Positions 11,701-25,601 are shown, counted from the first letter of the stretch. The stretch: DNA of 64,000 nucleotides from Mytilus californianus (GCF_021869535.1 NW_026262626.1:5518001-5582000); one strand, 5' to 3'. A program made the numbers and translations. The notes: generated from the sequence alone by a model not told the origin.

Positions 11701-14700
11701 GTAATATTACAATGCATTACAATTACAAATTACCATTACCCCAGGCCTGCTAAAAGAAAGGTATTTTTTATGCTTTGTGAAATATAATACAAATTTCTGT
11801 TGTATCCAGTGTACATGTATGTTAATACATTTTATACTTTGTGTTTTAATTTATGACACAAATCTAAAAACTTACTTATATATGAGGGTGTGGATGGGGG
11901 TTTACAGAATAGAGAATAATGGGCAAAAAATATAAAGAATAGAGAAATAATTTATTATATGGACCAAAAAAATAAAAAATAGAGAATAATGAGTTGCTAA
12001 AATATAAAGAATAGAGGAAAATATCCTGAAAAATTAAAGAATACAGAAATATGAACAACTCAAGCTGGAAATTCAAAGGTTGTGTCAAAAATTTAAGTGT
12101 GGAGGAGCACCTGTGACCACCCTTAAACAGTGTGTAGCCTGATTATCTTATATTTTGAAAATAACTTGTTTCAATTGGCTAGTGAAAGTTATCTACCAAT
12201 GATTTTTTCTCTTAATAATTTCTGATTCTATATTTGTTTGTTTTATAGGAACTAAGAGGTGAGACCTGGTCATTTGAAGAGAAAGCCATTTGTTTTACCA
12301 ATGGCCAGCTGATAGGTGGACCAGACAACTTTGTAGTATGGGCTGAAGATAATTATGGTTTTGAAGAGTTTAGACCATTACCATTATATTTAACTTTAAC
12401 AGATGAAGCTTATATATCACATTTAAATTCCAAAAATGTAAGTCTATATAGTCAACTAATGTCCTTGGCCATTCCATAGAAACATCAAAAACAAGGAACT
12501 ATTTGAATCTGGATAATTTTCAATTCTGGAAACTTGATATGATGAAAACTAACCAAACTATAGACAGTTAGCCATGTGTGCATGGCAAAGGTTAATTTTA
12601 CTTTCACTGATATTTCAGTATGAACTAACCCTCCTAAATTGAGTTAGTTTTCATCATACATTTCTTATCAATTTTCCAGAATTCAAAATAAATCCAGATT
12701 CAAATAATTCCTCGTTTCAATTTAATTTTTTAACCATAATTTTGTGCAGAATACTGCTCTTGCAACTATGAAATTGAAATGTTTATGCACAAAATAGGAC
12801 AATACTGAATAAAGTTGTATTATCTAATATGAAACCACTTTAATATATTTATGTACAGCAATGGTGTATGGAGATATTTCAGAAGCATCAACTATCAAAC
12901 CGCTTGTAGCAACATGATCTGAGTAAATTTAAGTTTTTAAATTACTTTATAAACTTCATGCTTGATTATGTTTGTATATTGAAGCAGATAGATGACTTTT
13001 TAAATAATTTTTTTTCTGTTGTTTGTTAATATGAATAAATAAAAATAATTGTACAATCAATTTTTATTTTCAGCATCAGTATGTATTCATGGAAGTATCT
13101 ATTGGTGGTGAATCAGCAGGTCGTCTAGTGATAGAGGTATTCATTTATTTATGAATATACTACATTTCCTTTGATGTAATTTTTACTGTTTTTATATGAC
13201 CACAAACAAATTTTGGGGTTGTATATTGCTATCCCGTTGTCGTCCCAAGACATTTGGTTTCCGGACAATAACTTTAGCGCTCAGGGAAGTAGTTTTTTAC
13301 ACTATTTTTTTGTTGTTTTTCATGGTTCAAAGCTAAGCCTACCATGAAATAAAAGCTCGGTTCAATGATAAATTACAACCTGAGTTCAATATTTAAGGCT
13401 AAAATTTGTAAGTTCTTAGTAGTTTTAGAACACATGAACATTAATACATTTTTAAACATATAAGGATAAAAGAAGTGACATTTCTGTAACACTTTTATGC
13501 ATACAAATTTTGTATGAAATGATCTTCAAATGTTGACTAGAGTTATCTCCCATTTGTCAAGCAGTTAACTGTATAATTGATAATTTGTTAGTTTTATAAG
13601 AATTTGTTTTATGTATATTTCAGCTTTTTTCAGACGTGGTACCCAAAACATGTGAAAACTTCAAAGCTTTATGTACTGGAAATATGGGGAAATCTAAAGA
13701 AACAGATTATGATCTTCATTATAAAAACTCAATGTTTCACAGAATAGTTAGAAATGGATGGATACAAGGGGGAGGTAATTCTAATTCTAATTTCCTTCAC
13801 ACATTTTTTTCAATCTCATTAATTAGACCTCACATTTTTACCAGTTATCAGTGATTCACAATAATAAATGCACACATTAATTCCTTAATTTATAGTATTC
13901 AACATGATTGGAAGTGTGTGATTACTATTCATTATCTGATGCTCTCATTAAGATACGCAAGAAAGTTTTCTGAGTACATGTAGTTGACTTTTACTCTTAC
14001 GTTTGATTTATTTTACAAATGTAAGATATTGAATATTCATAAAATTTAATGTACAGTGCTAAATAAGGACTAACAAAGATTGTTTTTTTTGAAGCAGAAA
14101 TTTGAAGATTTCCTGAAATAGCAAGAGATGCTCCTAACTCTTTGTAAAATTCCTATGTGATACACAGTTCCATTGCCTTCCTAAATGACCAACCGAACTC
14201 CTGAATAATTTGAATCTTATTTCATTTTGCAGTATTCATTTACCTTCTTAAACTCTTGTTTGAAACCTGTTAGACTATGAATCATCACCAGGAGGCTCTG
14301 TAAACTATGTGTGGTTTTTTTTTTTTTTTTTTTTTTTTTTGCATTACTTACTTTTTATTTGCCTAGATTGATCATCCATTTTATGAGGGGCCTGATCTGG
14401 GGGTCTCATCACGATTCATGAGTTGATTTTTTTGTCAATCACGATTCACAGAAAATATAAATTTCCATGATCACGGATCACGAAAATATAAAAAAAAATA
14501 AATCTGTAGAAAAACGGATCACGATAGCGAAAATGCACCGATCACGAAGAACGAAAATAACCCATCAGGCCCCTCTTTTATATTAGAATCAATTTGATCA
14601 AAATACAGATCCTGTGTCAAAGTTTTGCTTGCAAGGATCTGACAACAGTCCCCTTTACTTTCTGTTCTGGAAATAATTACATCAGCCAATGAAATTTCAG

Positions 14701-17700
14701 TCTCCATATTTTTGAAGGCGTGTATCATTCCAACAAAACCAGAGGATCCCGAAAGGATTTTAAAACAGAAAGTAGAATGGAGGCTTTTTAGGTCCTTGTA
14801 AGCAACACTTGGAGATAGGATCTGTGTTTTAATCAGCTTGTATTATAATGAAAATGTTTAGGTACATTATACATTTGTAGATATATTTTTCACTGGTAGT
14901 GGTCAGGGTAAGTCCTCCATTATTGAGTATATTTGGAATGACATTTTTGTGCATGCTAACTGTTTGAAAAAAAAAAAAAACTTTTGCATTCATTTATATT
15001 TGTATTGTTTTTGAGAAGCTTTACTCACAAATCTTAAAAGTATTACAGAAAATAATTATTTGATATGTGTTTGAATTGTAATTAATTGTTTAATTATAAT
15101 TATAATTATAATTGTTTACTTTTACAAATTGTGACTTGGATGGAGAGTTGTCTCATTGGCACTCATACCACATCTTCTTATATCTATGAGTATTTTAGAG
15201 TGGATAGCTTGTATTCCATTCATACTGAGGTATGCATCATGGGTTGAAAAATAAGCATAGAACAAAATTACTGTGGATTCATTAATGATTATCATTAGAG
15301 GAATACCCTGGGTATTGGCAAACCATGAATTTAAATGTTCAACGAAGTACAAATTTACTATAGGTTTGTATGCAAAATTTGTCAAAACCAGGAATTTACT
15401 ATTTACTTCAATCCACTAAAATTGGTATTCAGGAAAATAAATGAATTCACAGTACTATGAAGAAATTTCAACAATATAATGAGAAATTAAAAAACAAAGG
15501 AAATTAAAACTTCCATACCAGAGCATGAAGACAGTGTTTCTTTATTAAATTGGAGTTATTCAATGCATGTTTCCTAAATTTGAATGATTTTTGTTTTTGT
15601 TTTACTCAAAAACATGTCTCAGTATCACAGGGTGAAAGTTCAGCAAGTTTTTATCTTTGGCTAAGAATCATAGGGTGAATTTACATTTTGGTATAAATTG
15701 GTTAAACATTGATAATATGTATCAGAATTAGATAAAGAAATTTTAGGTTTTTTATGTGTCAGAATAAACATCCTTTTTTAAAGTAAAAATTTAGTAAAAG
15801 TGATTTGTATTTAGTCTCTGTAACAGGTGTCAAACTAATTCTTTTATGGCATCCAATGATTTCACATTTGCTTATAAACAAGGTTTAATAGACATGTTGT
15901 AGAGCAAATGATACCTTTTAAAATTTCACCCAAAATTTTATATTCAATGCATTTAAATGAATCTTTAACGTTACAGATATTTATCACAGCAGAGGAAATG
16001 GTGGAGAATCAATTTACGGTGCAGCATTTGAAGGTAAGTTTCGAAGTCAAAAATATTATGTTCAAACCTTTGATACAACTATGTCTTAAATATGGGATAG
16101 ACATGTATCAGAGTAAAATATGAACTAATAGCAGATAACCATTATGTCACAGGAACAGTGATTTAATTGCTGTTCTTCATCTTAATAGATCATAAAAGTT
16201 CTTCAATAGTGAATTCAAAATCTCACTGCCTATTTCAGATGGTCTGTAGTGTCCATTAATTTGGTATATTCAAATAAATTATTGATAATTTCTACTTATA
16301 TATAGGTCTTTGAAAAAATAAAAGCAAGACAATCAGTATTGTAGGGATAAAACTTGTGAAATCTTCCTTCAATCTATTATTCATTGCCTGATAGAGAATT
16401 GAGAATTATATTAACCCAAAACAAACCAATAATTAAGATTTTTGTGTTGCAAAACTTGAAATGGAGGAGTCAAGTTGAAATTGATAATGATAATTGGAGG
16501 ACTGAATAAATTATTTTCAAAGCACAAGTATGTCAAATTAAAGCAGTGTAGCCATAAGCAATTTCTACAGTGATTAATTGGAAAAGAGATATAAGGGTAT
16601 CATTAGCTCAGTTGTCAGTGCTTCACTTATTATTCATAACATACCTTTCCTAAATTCTATGTTGATGAATTTACAAATCATTAAGAAACAAAGGTTACAA
16701 TTCCCTCAAGTAAAGTTGACATAAAGGTGGATTCAGCTATTCTTTAAAGATACCTTTTGGTCAAATATCTCCTTATGTATTTAAGTAGTTCTACTTTTTC
16801 GCTTGCACATTTTTGGGTTTGAGCTTTCTTGATAAATTTAAATCCAAAAAAGTGCTTCAGACACACCAAATTTATTAAGCATTAATTTTATCTTTCTTAC
16901 AGTAAAAAGAAAGTATTTATTTACAATTAAACTAAAAGTTTTTTTCCTTCTTCAAAAATGTGTTCTCTATGCAGTTTAAAATGCAACTATGTACTAACGG
17001 CTTTTGATAAAGAATATTAAACATTTTTGTCTTCAGATGAGAATTTTGCAGTGTCACATGACAGGCGTGGTATAGTTGGAATGGCAAACAAAGATCGTCA
17101 CACAAATGGTTCACAATTTTACATCACATTACAGCCTGCAAAGTGGATGGATACAAAATATGTTGCATTTGGGTAAAAAATTACATTTCACTTTGATTAT
17201 TAAAATTATTTGTTTCATTTGCTTTAAAAAGTACTAAAATTTAGGAGAAATTTAGTTGGTAGATGCTTATATCACATAGACCATTTACAACCCTATATTT
17301 GGTTAATGAAATTCTTGATGCAAATTCTTTTTTTATAATGTTGTCTTTTTTTAAGTTTGAAGATATGGATCAAGTTCTTGGAAATTTTGAATTAATTAAA
17401 ATTTGTTGTTGAAATTGAAAATAGCACCTTATAATAAATTAAATATTTTAAATACAGAATGTATAGCATCCATCAAACTATGGAAGGTCTCTTTGCCAGT
17501 TTTTGAGATACAAGCATTTGAAAAACTAGAAATTGACTAGAAAGGATGTCTTTGGATTTGCACATGTTGCCATCATCATAAAATATTTCAGTATTTAGAT
17601 AGCAAAACATTTGAAAACAAGTCAACTCAGTTTGTAAATGCACAAAATAGCTGTCTAAGTCACATAATATTCAAAATATAACCTTAAGCCTTAAATAATA

Positions 17701-17908
17701 CTTTTAGCCTTAAACATTGTTAACTTGTAAAGTATTATAGCTTATATGATACAAGAAAATAAATGTTAAATCTTTTTATATATATTTCAGACAAGTTATA
17801 GAAGGTACAAAGACACTGAAAATGATGGAAGAACAAGAAACAATGAATCAAAGACCGATGAAAGATATAAGGATTTTAGACTGTGGTGTGTGCAAATACG
17901 AATTCTAA
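8719..17908 (+). CDS. PPIL6: Cyclophilin-type peptidyl-prolyl isomerase-like 6; 8 coding exons, 297 aa
   Basis: Exons 8719-8802, 10400-10495, 12249-12437, 13074-13136, 13624-13774, 15977-16033, 17037-17172 and 17791-17908; all GT-AG, total 894 nt in frame. The N-terminal extension (VYGLINDVNFQRARYCAE, EFEW, LRGETW, NGQLIG) matches the PPIL6 N-terminus. The cyclophilin domain has VPKTCENFKALCTG, YKNSMFHRIVRNGWIQGGD, GESIYG, FEDENF, GIVGMAN, NGSQFYIT, YVAFGQVIEG. Confidence 0.93.
9111..9502. repeat. Local 153-bp tandem duplication in PPIL6 intron 1
   Basis: GATTATATTCCTATCAC at 9120 and 9273; GAGCAAGACTTGATTAT at both ends (~9111 and ~9485). Confidence 0.75.
10482..11833 (+). repeat. ~79-bp tandem repeat copying the PPIL6 exon-2 3' end and 5' splice site, split by a hAT MITE
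   Basis: ATGC(T/A)(A/C)AAAGA unit starts at 10482, 10560, 10640, 10718 and 10797; the fifth unit resumes at 11750 after the insertion. Confidence 0.85.
10808..11749. mobile_element. hAT-like MITE (942 bp)
   Basis: CTAAAAGA|CAGGCCTGGGG ... CCCCAGGCCTG|CTAAAAGA: 8-bp TSD and 11-bp TIR starting CAG; dense subterminal CATTAC/AATTAC/GTAATG motifs at both ends. Confidence 0.88.
14385..14575. mobile_element. MITE with GAG..CTC termini and candidate 6-bp TSD
   Basis: TTTTAT|GAGGGGCCTGAT ... ATCAGGCCCCTC|TTTTAT with internal TCACGA repeats. The TSD is low-complexity and may be chance. Confidence 0.65.
14881..14907 (+). other. Candidate 27-nt cassette micro-exon of PPIL6
   Basis: TTTGTAG|AT ATA TTT TTC ACT GGT AGT GGT CAG G|GTAAGT; phase 1/1, no stop codon. 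Confidence 0.45.
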
Positions 17909-19693
17909 ATGTTTCAAATACTATACAGTTGTTGTAACTTAAAAGCAGGCCGGATTAAATCCGTGCATGAGGATTAATTTTTATCTGTAAAACATAAATA
18001 CAGATTGCCTTAAAATGTTAGAAGATATAATTCAGAACCAAAAGATATATGCATTTTACTGCTGAATCTTATATAATATGACAAAATATTTTTCTCACTT
18101 TCGTCAATACTAATTTTTACTACATTTATATTGTTGAATACATATTTTTATTATATATTTAAAGAAAGATTAAGCAAACATTGTGTAAGTCTCCAAATTT
18201 GCCTTAAATCCAGCTACTTTTACTTGAAGATGGCCTTGTTTTTTGTCTTATTTACACAATTTTAAAAAACAATGTACATGCTTATTGTCTGTGATATATA
18301 TTTGAATATTTCTTTGTTGAATATATGTATTTACATTGCTTTGAATATTTTTATTTACTTATTTGAAAACCCAAAAGATTTTTTCATTTATATATGTAAA
18401 AAGTGACATAATTTTGAAAAACAAGTGATCAGTTTTATAGTGTGCCTTTAATGGTTACAAAATATGTAGATATGAATTTTATTTTATCAGATTTATTATA
18501 TCAGGTTTAATTTCTGTTTAATAAAATCTAAAATTTCATTAAAAATAAAACTTGAAAATACAAAGCTATTGTCTTTTTTTTTGTTTTCTGATGGGATACA
18601 CTAGAGCTTTCACTACTTAAGTCTACAGGAAGTATTAAAATATGCACTTGTGTAATCTCTAATATGTGTTATATTGTTACATACTTGGTAAACTAAAATG
18701 TTATTTTTATGGAATGCTGGGGGTTGTGTTAACACCATTGACATAGTCCTAGAGATGGACTGGTACTTAAAAATTGTTCACACATTTATTGTCGTCCTTT
18801 GGTCTGTGGTAGATAATTGTCCCATTGGCGATCAAACAAAAACTCCTTATTTATATATTTATTCAAGGATCATATAAAAATAAGAAGATGTGGTATGATT
18901 GCCAATACCAATAAGATTATTTAAGAGAAAATATTATATTCAATCATCCTGAATGACTATGAAAAGAGAGATATTGGGTTAAATATGACAGCAGCCTATC
19001 AAAAATGTCAATCCATTGGTAGCTTTAAGGTATGTGACAAGAACATTTTGCAAATATGTATGTGTTTTCATGTGTATAAAAGAAGGTATTGGGGTATACT
19101 TCAAAGAGATGGCAACTCAACAACACAGTAAAATGAGTGTACAATATACATGAATTTCAAATGATATATTCTTTTGAATATGCATGTAATATTTGCTAGT
19201 GAATTGTAACGCACAACTAAATCTACCCCGGTAAATCATAGAAAAATGAGTTTGCCATTGTTAAGTTCACTTTTCTTCTGGTACTCTTTCTTGCAGTATG
19301 TTTCTTTGTGGTGGGTCCTTACACTTCTTTTATGGATTTCCCTCCAATCAGTTTCCATAAAATATCAATGTAGGTCTGTTTGATTTATAAAAAATTACTT
19401 GTAATATCAGTGACCACAATCCATGATTAAGATTTATTAAAAGTACATCTGTTTTCTTTTTGGTATGAAAAAATAATTTACAATACATCTTAATTATTCT
19501 AATGGTCATTAGTTATTCTCCTGTCATGAAGAAAAGATCTCTATTTCCCACAATTAGATCATCATCTGCTTGTATGATGTTTTTCATCAGTACATGGAGG
19601 TATTATACTTCCATGGTCAGTATAAAATCTACATATTTGACATATTTTTCACTGCATTTGACAAAAATAATTTCAGAATGAGTGCCCATTTGT

Positions 19694-19940
19694 CCAGTTG
19701 TTTATAAATGATAATTGTAATCATGATTATGTCCCCTACAAAGTCTTGGTGTAAATGAATTGACCTGTCTCTCCAGTTGTTTATTAATGATAATTGTAAT
19801 CATGATTATGTCACCTACTTAGTCTTGGTGTAAATGAATTGACCTGGCTCTCCAGTTGTTTATTAATGATAACTGTTATCATGATTATGCCACCTGCAAA
19901 GTATTGGTGTAAATGAATTGACCTGTCTCTCTCTCCAGTT
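19694..19940. repeat. 79-bp tandem repeat, ~3 copies
   Basis: CCAGTTGTTT at 19694, 19773 and 19852; partial copy at 19935. Confidence 0.85.
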
Positions 19941-20231
19941 ATTTGTTTAATTTTCTTCACACATCATGTTAGAAAAAGTGGTTATTTAACATGACCATAG
20001 GTCAGATGTTGATTCTATCAAATACTTCGAAAGATAAACTTATGAATTTACGAAAATTTTCTTCCTGGTTCGATCTCATCATGTCATCACATAATTTATT
20101 GTTTATTTATCTACTTGAGTACATTGAAATTGCCTAGTATGAAAAAAATAAGGTATCAATATGATTATGTGAATGAAATATCAGCATCCACATAATGATT
20201 ACAACTCTTTTGGTATTGGTTATGAATTAAT

Positions 20232-20399
20232 GAGGATGTGGATGGGGATGTCTTCTTTTCTCTATTCTTTAATCTATAGGCAGTTTTTCTCTATTTTTAT
20301 TTTTATTACCTATTTTTCTCTATCCTATATTCTATTAGCACCTTCATTCTCTTTTGTATTCCCTTTATTCTCTATGCTGTAAACCCCACCCAGACACTC
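20232..20399. mobile_element. MITE with imperfect GAG..CTC TIRs and internal CTCTAT/ATAGAG repeats
   Basis: GAGGATGTGGATGGGG ... CCCCACCCAGACACTC; relatives at ~11884-12060 (partial) and 46755-47274 (interrupted by another repeat). Confidence 0.55.
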
Positions 20400-23300
20400 A
20401 TTTTTAACTAGTTGAATTAGCTCATACTGTATTGATGTGAATGTGGTAACATTTTCTTGTTTTCTAAGCTTAATTTTATAATTTTACTCCTTTTAAATTT
20501 ACTCTCCTGCAATCATCTTCCATTGTAACTGACATTGCATAAGATATTTTATATATGCGAAGCTTGGATTGTTTATCCTAATATTTAGATGTGTTTTCGT
20601 GAGGATGTTGTGGTTCATCGGGTCTTTTTGAACTATTTTTTTTTACCCTACATCCATCTCTCACTTTGTACAACCATGCAACTCCTTCCATTAAATTAGT
20701 GTATTGAAATTGCTTTAATTCAAAACCTTGAAGCATGAAACTGGATATAGTGTTAGATTATTACATAGGTATACCGTATTCATTTTGATTTTCCGGAAGC
20801 CAAATCAAACACTTTTAAGTTAGAATTCCAGACCATGACTATAGCAGAGACATATGATACAATTGTATTATGTCTTTTACTATAGACATTGATAAAACAA
20901 CATAGGTTAGGTTAAGGTTGAGCGCTCACAAACATGTCTAACCCGACACATTCTTTATGTGCCTGTCCCATGTCAGAAGCCTGTAGTTCAGTGGTTGTCG
21001 TTGGTTCATGTCTGTCATAAAAATAAGAAGATGTGGTATGAGTGCCAATGAAACAATATCTATCCAAGTCACAATGTGTAAAACGTAAACAATTATAGGT
21101 CAAAGTTCGGCCTTCAACACGGAGCCTTGGCTCACACCGAACAGCAAGCTATAAAGGGCCCCAAAATGATAAGTATAAAACAATTCAAGAAAACCAACGG
21201 TCTTAAATCTATACGAGAAACGAGAAACACTTGAGAACCACACTGAAACAGGTTCCTGACTTAGGATATTTGTTTTTCTTAAATTGTTTTGTTAGGGTTT
21301 TTCTCATTGTTGAAGACTGTACGGTTGCCTATAATTGCTTACATCCACCTCATTTGAACTTTGGTGGATAGTTGTCTCATTGGCAATCATACCACATCTC
21401 CTTATTTTTATATAAAAAAGTAAAATCATCACCTTGGTTCATATTCTTAACTGGAATGTATCTCACCTTTTGAAATAAGAGTATATGTACGTATAAAAAT
21501 GAGCAATACTTTAATGTACAAGCTATTTCTTCATCAAGTTCAATTGTTTTCCTATATGAATTTTATAAACATTCTAATCTGATAAATTAAAAAAATGCTG
21601 GTACAACGTCAATAAGACAGCAACCCAACGACTCAATTAACCAAAAGACGTTTAAAGACACCAACATAGGGCTTCATCAGTAGATAGATGTCTATGCAAC
21701 AAGTCAAACTCTATTCGTCCGAGTTTGAAAAAGTGAATGAATTTAACAGAGAAATGAAATACAACAAAGGTCAAATAAATGAACGTACAATATAATATAA
21801 ACAATAAGTACAGGAAAACACTTTACTGAATTTAGAAAATGTGACGGTGACATGACACCAATCAACATTACAAAGCATTTTTATGAAAAAAAGCAAATAA
21901 GAATGATCAATATCCGACACGAGTACAAATATTGTGTTCACTTCCTCTGCATTTCAACGAAAAGCTCGACTATATAGTCACGATATTTCTTATTCAATCT
22001 GCCTTAAATTTTTTTCGCCTTTTATAAATAATCTTGCAACAAGTTCGTTCAAACTCACATCTGGAGCTCGCTGTGTAGGTTTTTTTTTATCATAAAAGTA
22101 TCATCACACTATACAAAACAAGCTTACGGGTGTCAAATGTGGAGCAGGATTCGTTAACCCTTCCGGAACACCTAATGGTGGTGTTCGTGTTTGGCAGTTT
22201 TTATTCTTTTATGCAGTGTTTTGTAGACTGTTGTTTGTCTTTTTTTTAATTTTTTCTTGATTTTGTCGGAAATCTTTTCTACTTTAGAGTTTCAGATTCT
22301 CTTTCCGCATCAAATTGAATTTTGTTATCCAGACCATAATGTTATCGGCACTGCGGCGTATTATATTCGCTCCAATTTGAATCATTTGGGCCAAAACAAA
22401 GTTTTCATATGCACCAACAAAACTTATTGCGCCATTTTCACAAAGTCAGTCTGTCTAAGTACAGAGTACAAAGACAATACATGTGGAGCTGGAAAATGAG
22501 TATGGCAGGGTTTTTTTTAATCATCTGATAAAAGGTGTATTGCTTTTTCTGATTATCTACTTGATACTCAAGTAAATCCCAAGATCAGCCCCTTTGTCTA
22601 TATTTTCACTAGGAGGTATCTCATCTTGCAATGTATAAGATTACTAAAGCAAAAATATCAGCTTTGATTTGCATGGGTATTCCCTGTCCCATTTTAAAAA
22701 AAATGAACATCTTTGAAACCAAACTTTTGTAGAATTATAAACGATTTGATGATTCTATAAAAATTGTTAAACCATTTCATCCACGACAGTAGGGCATGAG
22801 AATGGTAGGACATAATAATTTTCATTAGTATTTCAGAAATTTATATTCTAAATTGATGTGCTTGAATAATCCTTAACCATATTTCACTCGGTGTAGATAG
22901 TGATTAAAAATAAGTTACAATCGACATACAAAATGACATGTTTCTCAGATTATTCCTTACTCATTTCATTGATTAGATCAGTATTTTGCAGTGATGATAA
23001 GATTCCTATCCTACTTTTAAATTTCAATATGAAATTAAAGACGGCTGCCATCAGTGGAAATAATATCTCTTAACCCCGAGAAGTACAGACATAAATCCTC
23101 AAATGTATTTTACTGATTGGGTATATTTTAGTAATGTTCTATGTTTCTTCATAACACTTGTGATCTGTTAAGTAAAATATGTGTACGTCTCATCATAATA
23201 TACAGTAACGAAGGATTATTGGTACAAGTTCAATCGAGGTTCGGAGCTCGTGTCGACACAAGGCGAATCCATGGTAACTGTAGGAAGTTAAAATATAAAA

Positions 23301-23564
23301 GCTAAGTGAATATCTTTAATATGAAATTACCTGATTTAGACTGCAATACGGAAGGATATTGTTAATCTTTATACAAACATCTCTATATTGACCTGTTATA
23401 GGGAAGTATTTAAGTGCATACAGATTATCAATTGAAAGCAAATACATATTTACAGCTCCATGTAGTCTATCAAACATTTACGATAAGGCAGATCCGCAAT
23501 TACAAAGTCTGCCTTCAAAGTTATATCCCAAGGTGTGCTGTCTCATCCGAGTATTTTTATAGAT

Positions 23565-23735
23565 ATAAGAAGATGTGGTATGAGTGCCAATGAGACAACT
23601 CTCCATCCAAGTCACAATTTGTAAAAGTAAACCATTATAGGTCAAAGTACACGGAGCCTTGACTCACACCGAACAGCAAGCTATAAAGGGCCCCAAAAAT
23701 GACTAGTGTAAAACCATTCAAACAGGAAAACCAAT
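23565..23735. repeat. Abundant dispersed repeat family (AGATGTGGTATGA(G/T)TGCCAATGA motif)
   Basis: Near-identical reverse-complement copy at ~43920-44110; further copies or fragments near 120, 15125, 18885, 21025, 21360, 35150, 43270, 46540, 47080 and 52225. Confidence 0.8.
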
Positions 23736-23898
23736 TTTTATGTTTACTTAGAATTCGGTGTTTGTAATATGCTAACTATTCACAAATTGTCTTAAATCAG
23801 TGTGAATAAGAGCAAGCTACACTTTATAATGAATGATCGTTGAGAAAATCGTATGTTTACACCAAAAATATCTATTTTGGTTAAATTTTGTTGTATCA

Positions 23899-24006
23899 CA
23901 ATCTAATTAAAATTAGTTCTCCGCACTTGCTCCTCGTTGTTTATATGTCACGCGCGACATATAAACAACGAGGAGCAAGTGCGGAGAACTAATTTTAATT
24001 AGATTG
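23899..24006. mobile_element. 108-bp foldback MITE with 9-bp TSD
   Basis: GTTGTATCA|51-bp arm + ACGCGC loop + perfect 51-bp inverse arm|GTTGTATCA. Confidence 0.85.
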
Positions 24007-24387
24007 GTTGTATCATTGACTCTTCCATCACATCTTTTATTCAAATGAATATGAGGGTACCCTCAAAGTTCCCTTCTTCATATACTCTTCATTGATACCA
24101 CAAACCTTATTTCATTTGGAGTTTCTAGACATGGGATTCTAGAAAAAAGGAAGCTGCTCCGACCTAAAAATTCAATTATATATATGTATTAGGCTAGCAG
24201 TCTGAGATACTGTCTAACATAACTGCTCGGTTTAGAGCCAATATTGGACAGGGATCCCAGTGTGATATAAAATGACCAAAGTTCTTGTCTCTATACTAGT
24301 TTTCTATGATGTTCTACTTATTGGTGATGCTCTACTGGATTTCAGTTTCTAAAACAGACCTGTATTTCTGAACTTTCGTACATTATA

Positions 24388-24548
24388 TTGATTAATTGAT
24401 TGGTTGGTGCTTAACGCCACTTTCAACACTATTGTGCTATTTCGTGGCGGTCAGTTTTTATTGCGGAATTCGAACTCACAACCTCAGTGTTGACTGGCTA
24501 GTGATACAGTAGTTCGACTACTTAGACCACTCGGCCACCGAGGCCACC
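24388..24548 (-). mobile_element. Short tRNA-derived SINE
   Basis: Minus strand: A-box TGGCCGAGTGGT, B-box GAGTTCGAA, then a CTGACCGCCACG...GTTGAAAGTGGCGTTAA segment and a (CAAT)-type tail. Confidence 0.75.
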
Positions 24549-25449
24549 TTCGTTCATTAGAGATTAACAGATAATTTTAATGGGTGTTATTTGCTTTTAT
24601 GTCATCATTATCAACATGTCGTCAAGTTGTGCAATGTCATTTTTCTTTATCATTATGTCAAGGGTAGGCTACTCCTACGAGAGGACTTTTACATCGATGT
24701 TTACAATCTTTTATTTATCAGATACATATGTTATCTTTAATGATAAATCAACAAAATACTATTCACCTTGATTATCACTATCATATAGGATGAACGAATC
24801 TTGTCGAGATTCGGACTGTAAACTGTAGTCAGATGTAGGGTTGTAAAATTTCCATTTATGGTATTAAAATTAAATTGCTTTAACATCAAATGCGTTTTAA
24901 CATGCAGTTCTATTCAATATACATACTACTATGCTCTTCCCGAATTGTATGTATCAGGAATTCCCGCCATAAAGTCGTTATCCAATCTCAATTATGGAGA
25001 AAAATTGTACTTAATAATACCATATAAACGAATGCTCGCAGTTACTGAAAGTAAGCTCAAAGTACTTCACATGTGCCGTCAGGGATTAATTACACTCACG
25101 TATATATACATGGGTAGATTTCGGGGATGGGGCACTTACTTTACTCACTATATTATGAGTGGTTCTGAGGAATGCGCTCTGGAATAGGTCACTATTTTAA
25201 GCTTAATGGTGTATGATAAGGTCACGAAATTAAGATGAAGCATATGAAAAGGTTGCTGATTGATTCAATGTATATGATGAAAATAATCTATGTCGAATTT
25301 TGTTCACAAATGCGATTAAATCAGTCAAGATCGACGTTAAACATTCCCTTAGTAGTAGTAGTAGTAGTAGTATATGAAAAAGGTGGGGTATTGGATGTCT
25401 CAGCTGGTCAACCCTACCAGCAAAGAATTGAAGTGCACCTCCCCTTGAG

Positions 25450-25601
25450 CAGGGGCCGAACCAGGATGTTTAAAAGGGGGCGTAATTCTATAAAACGGTA
25501 AATAAACTGCCGAGTCGACCGAGGCGAACATTTTTTGGATTATTATATGCTAAAAAAATATATTCCAATTCTCTACGCCCCCACCCATGAATCCTCCACT
25601 G
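25450..25601. mobile_element. MITE with CAG(G/T)GG termini and imperfect 5-bp TSD
   Basis: TTGAG|CAGGGGCCGAACC ... GAATCCTCCACTG|CTGAG. Confidence 0.5.

Noticed and set aside
19200-19690. Possible decayed LINE endonuclease on the minus strand
   Set aside because: Only vague similarity with many stops; no diagnostic motif could be read.
24450-24548. tRNA-like A/B boxes as a tRNA gene
   Set aside because: No complete cloverleaf recognised, and a SINE-type body and (CAAT) tail follow.
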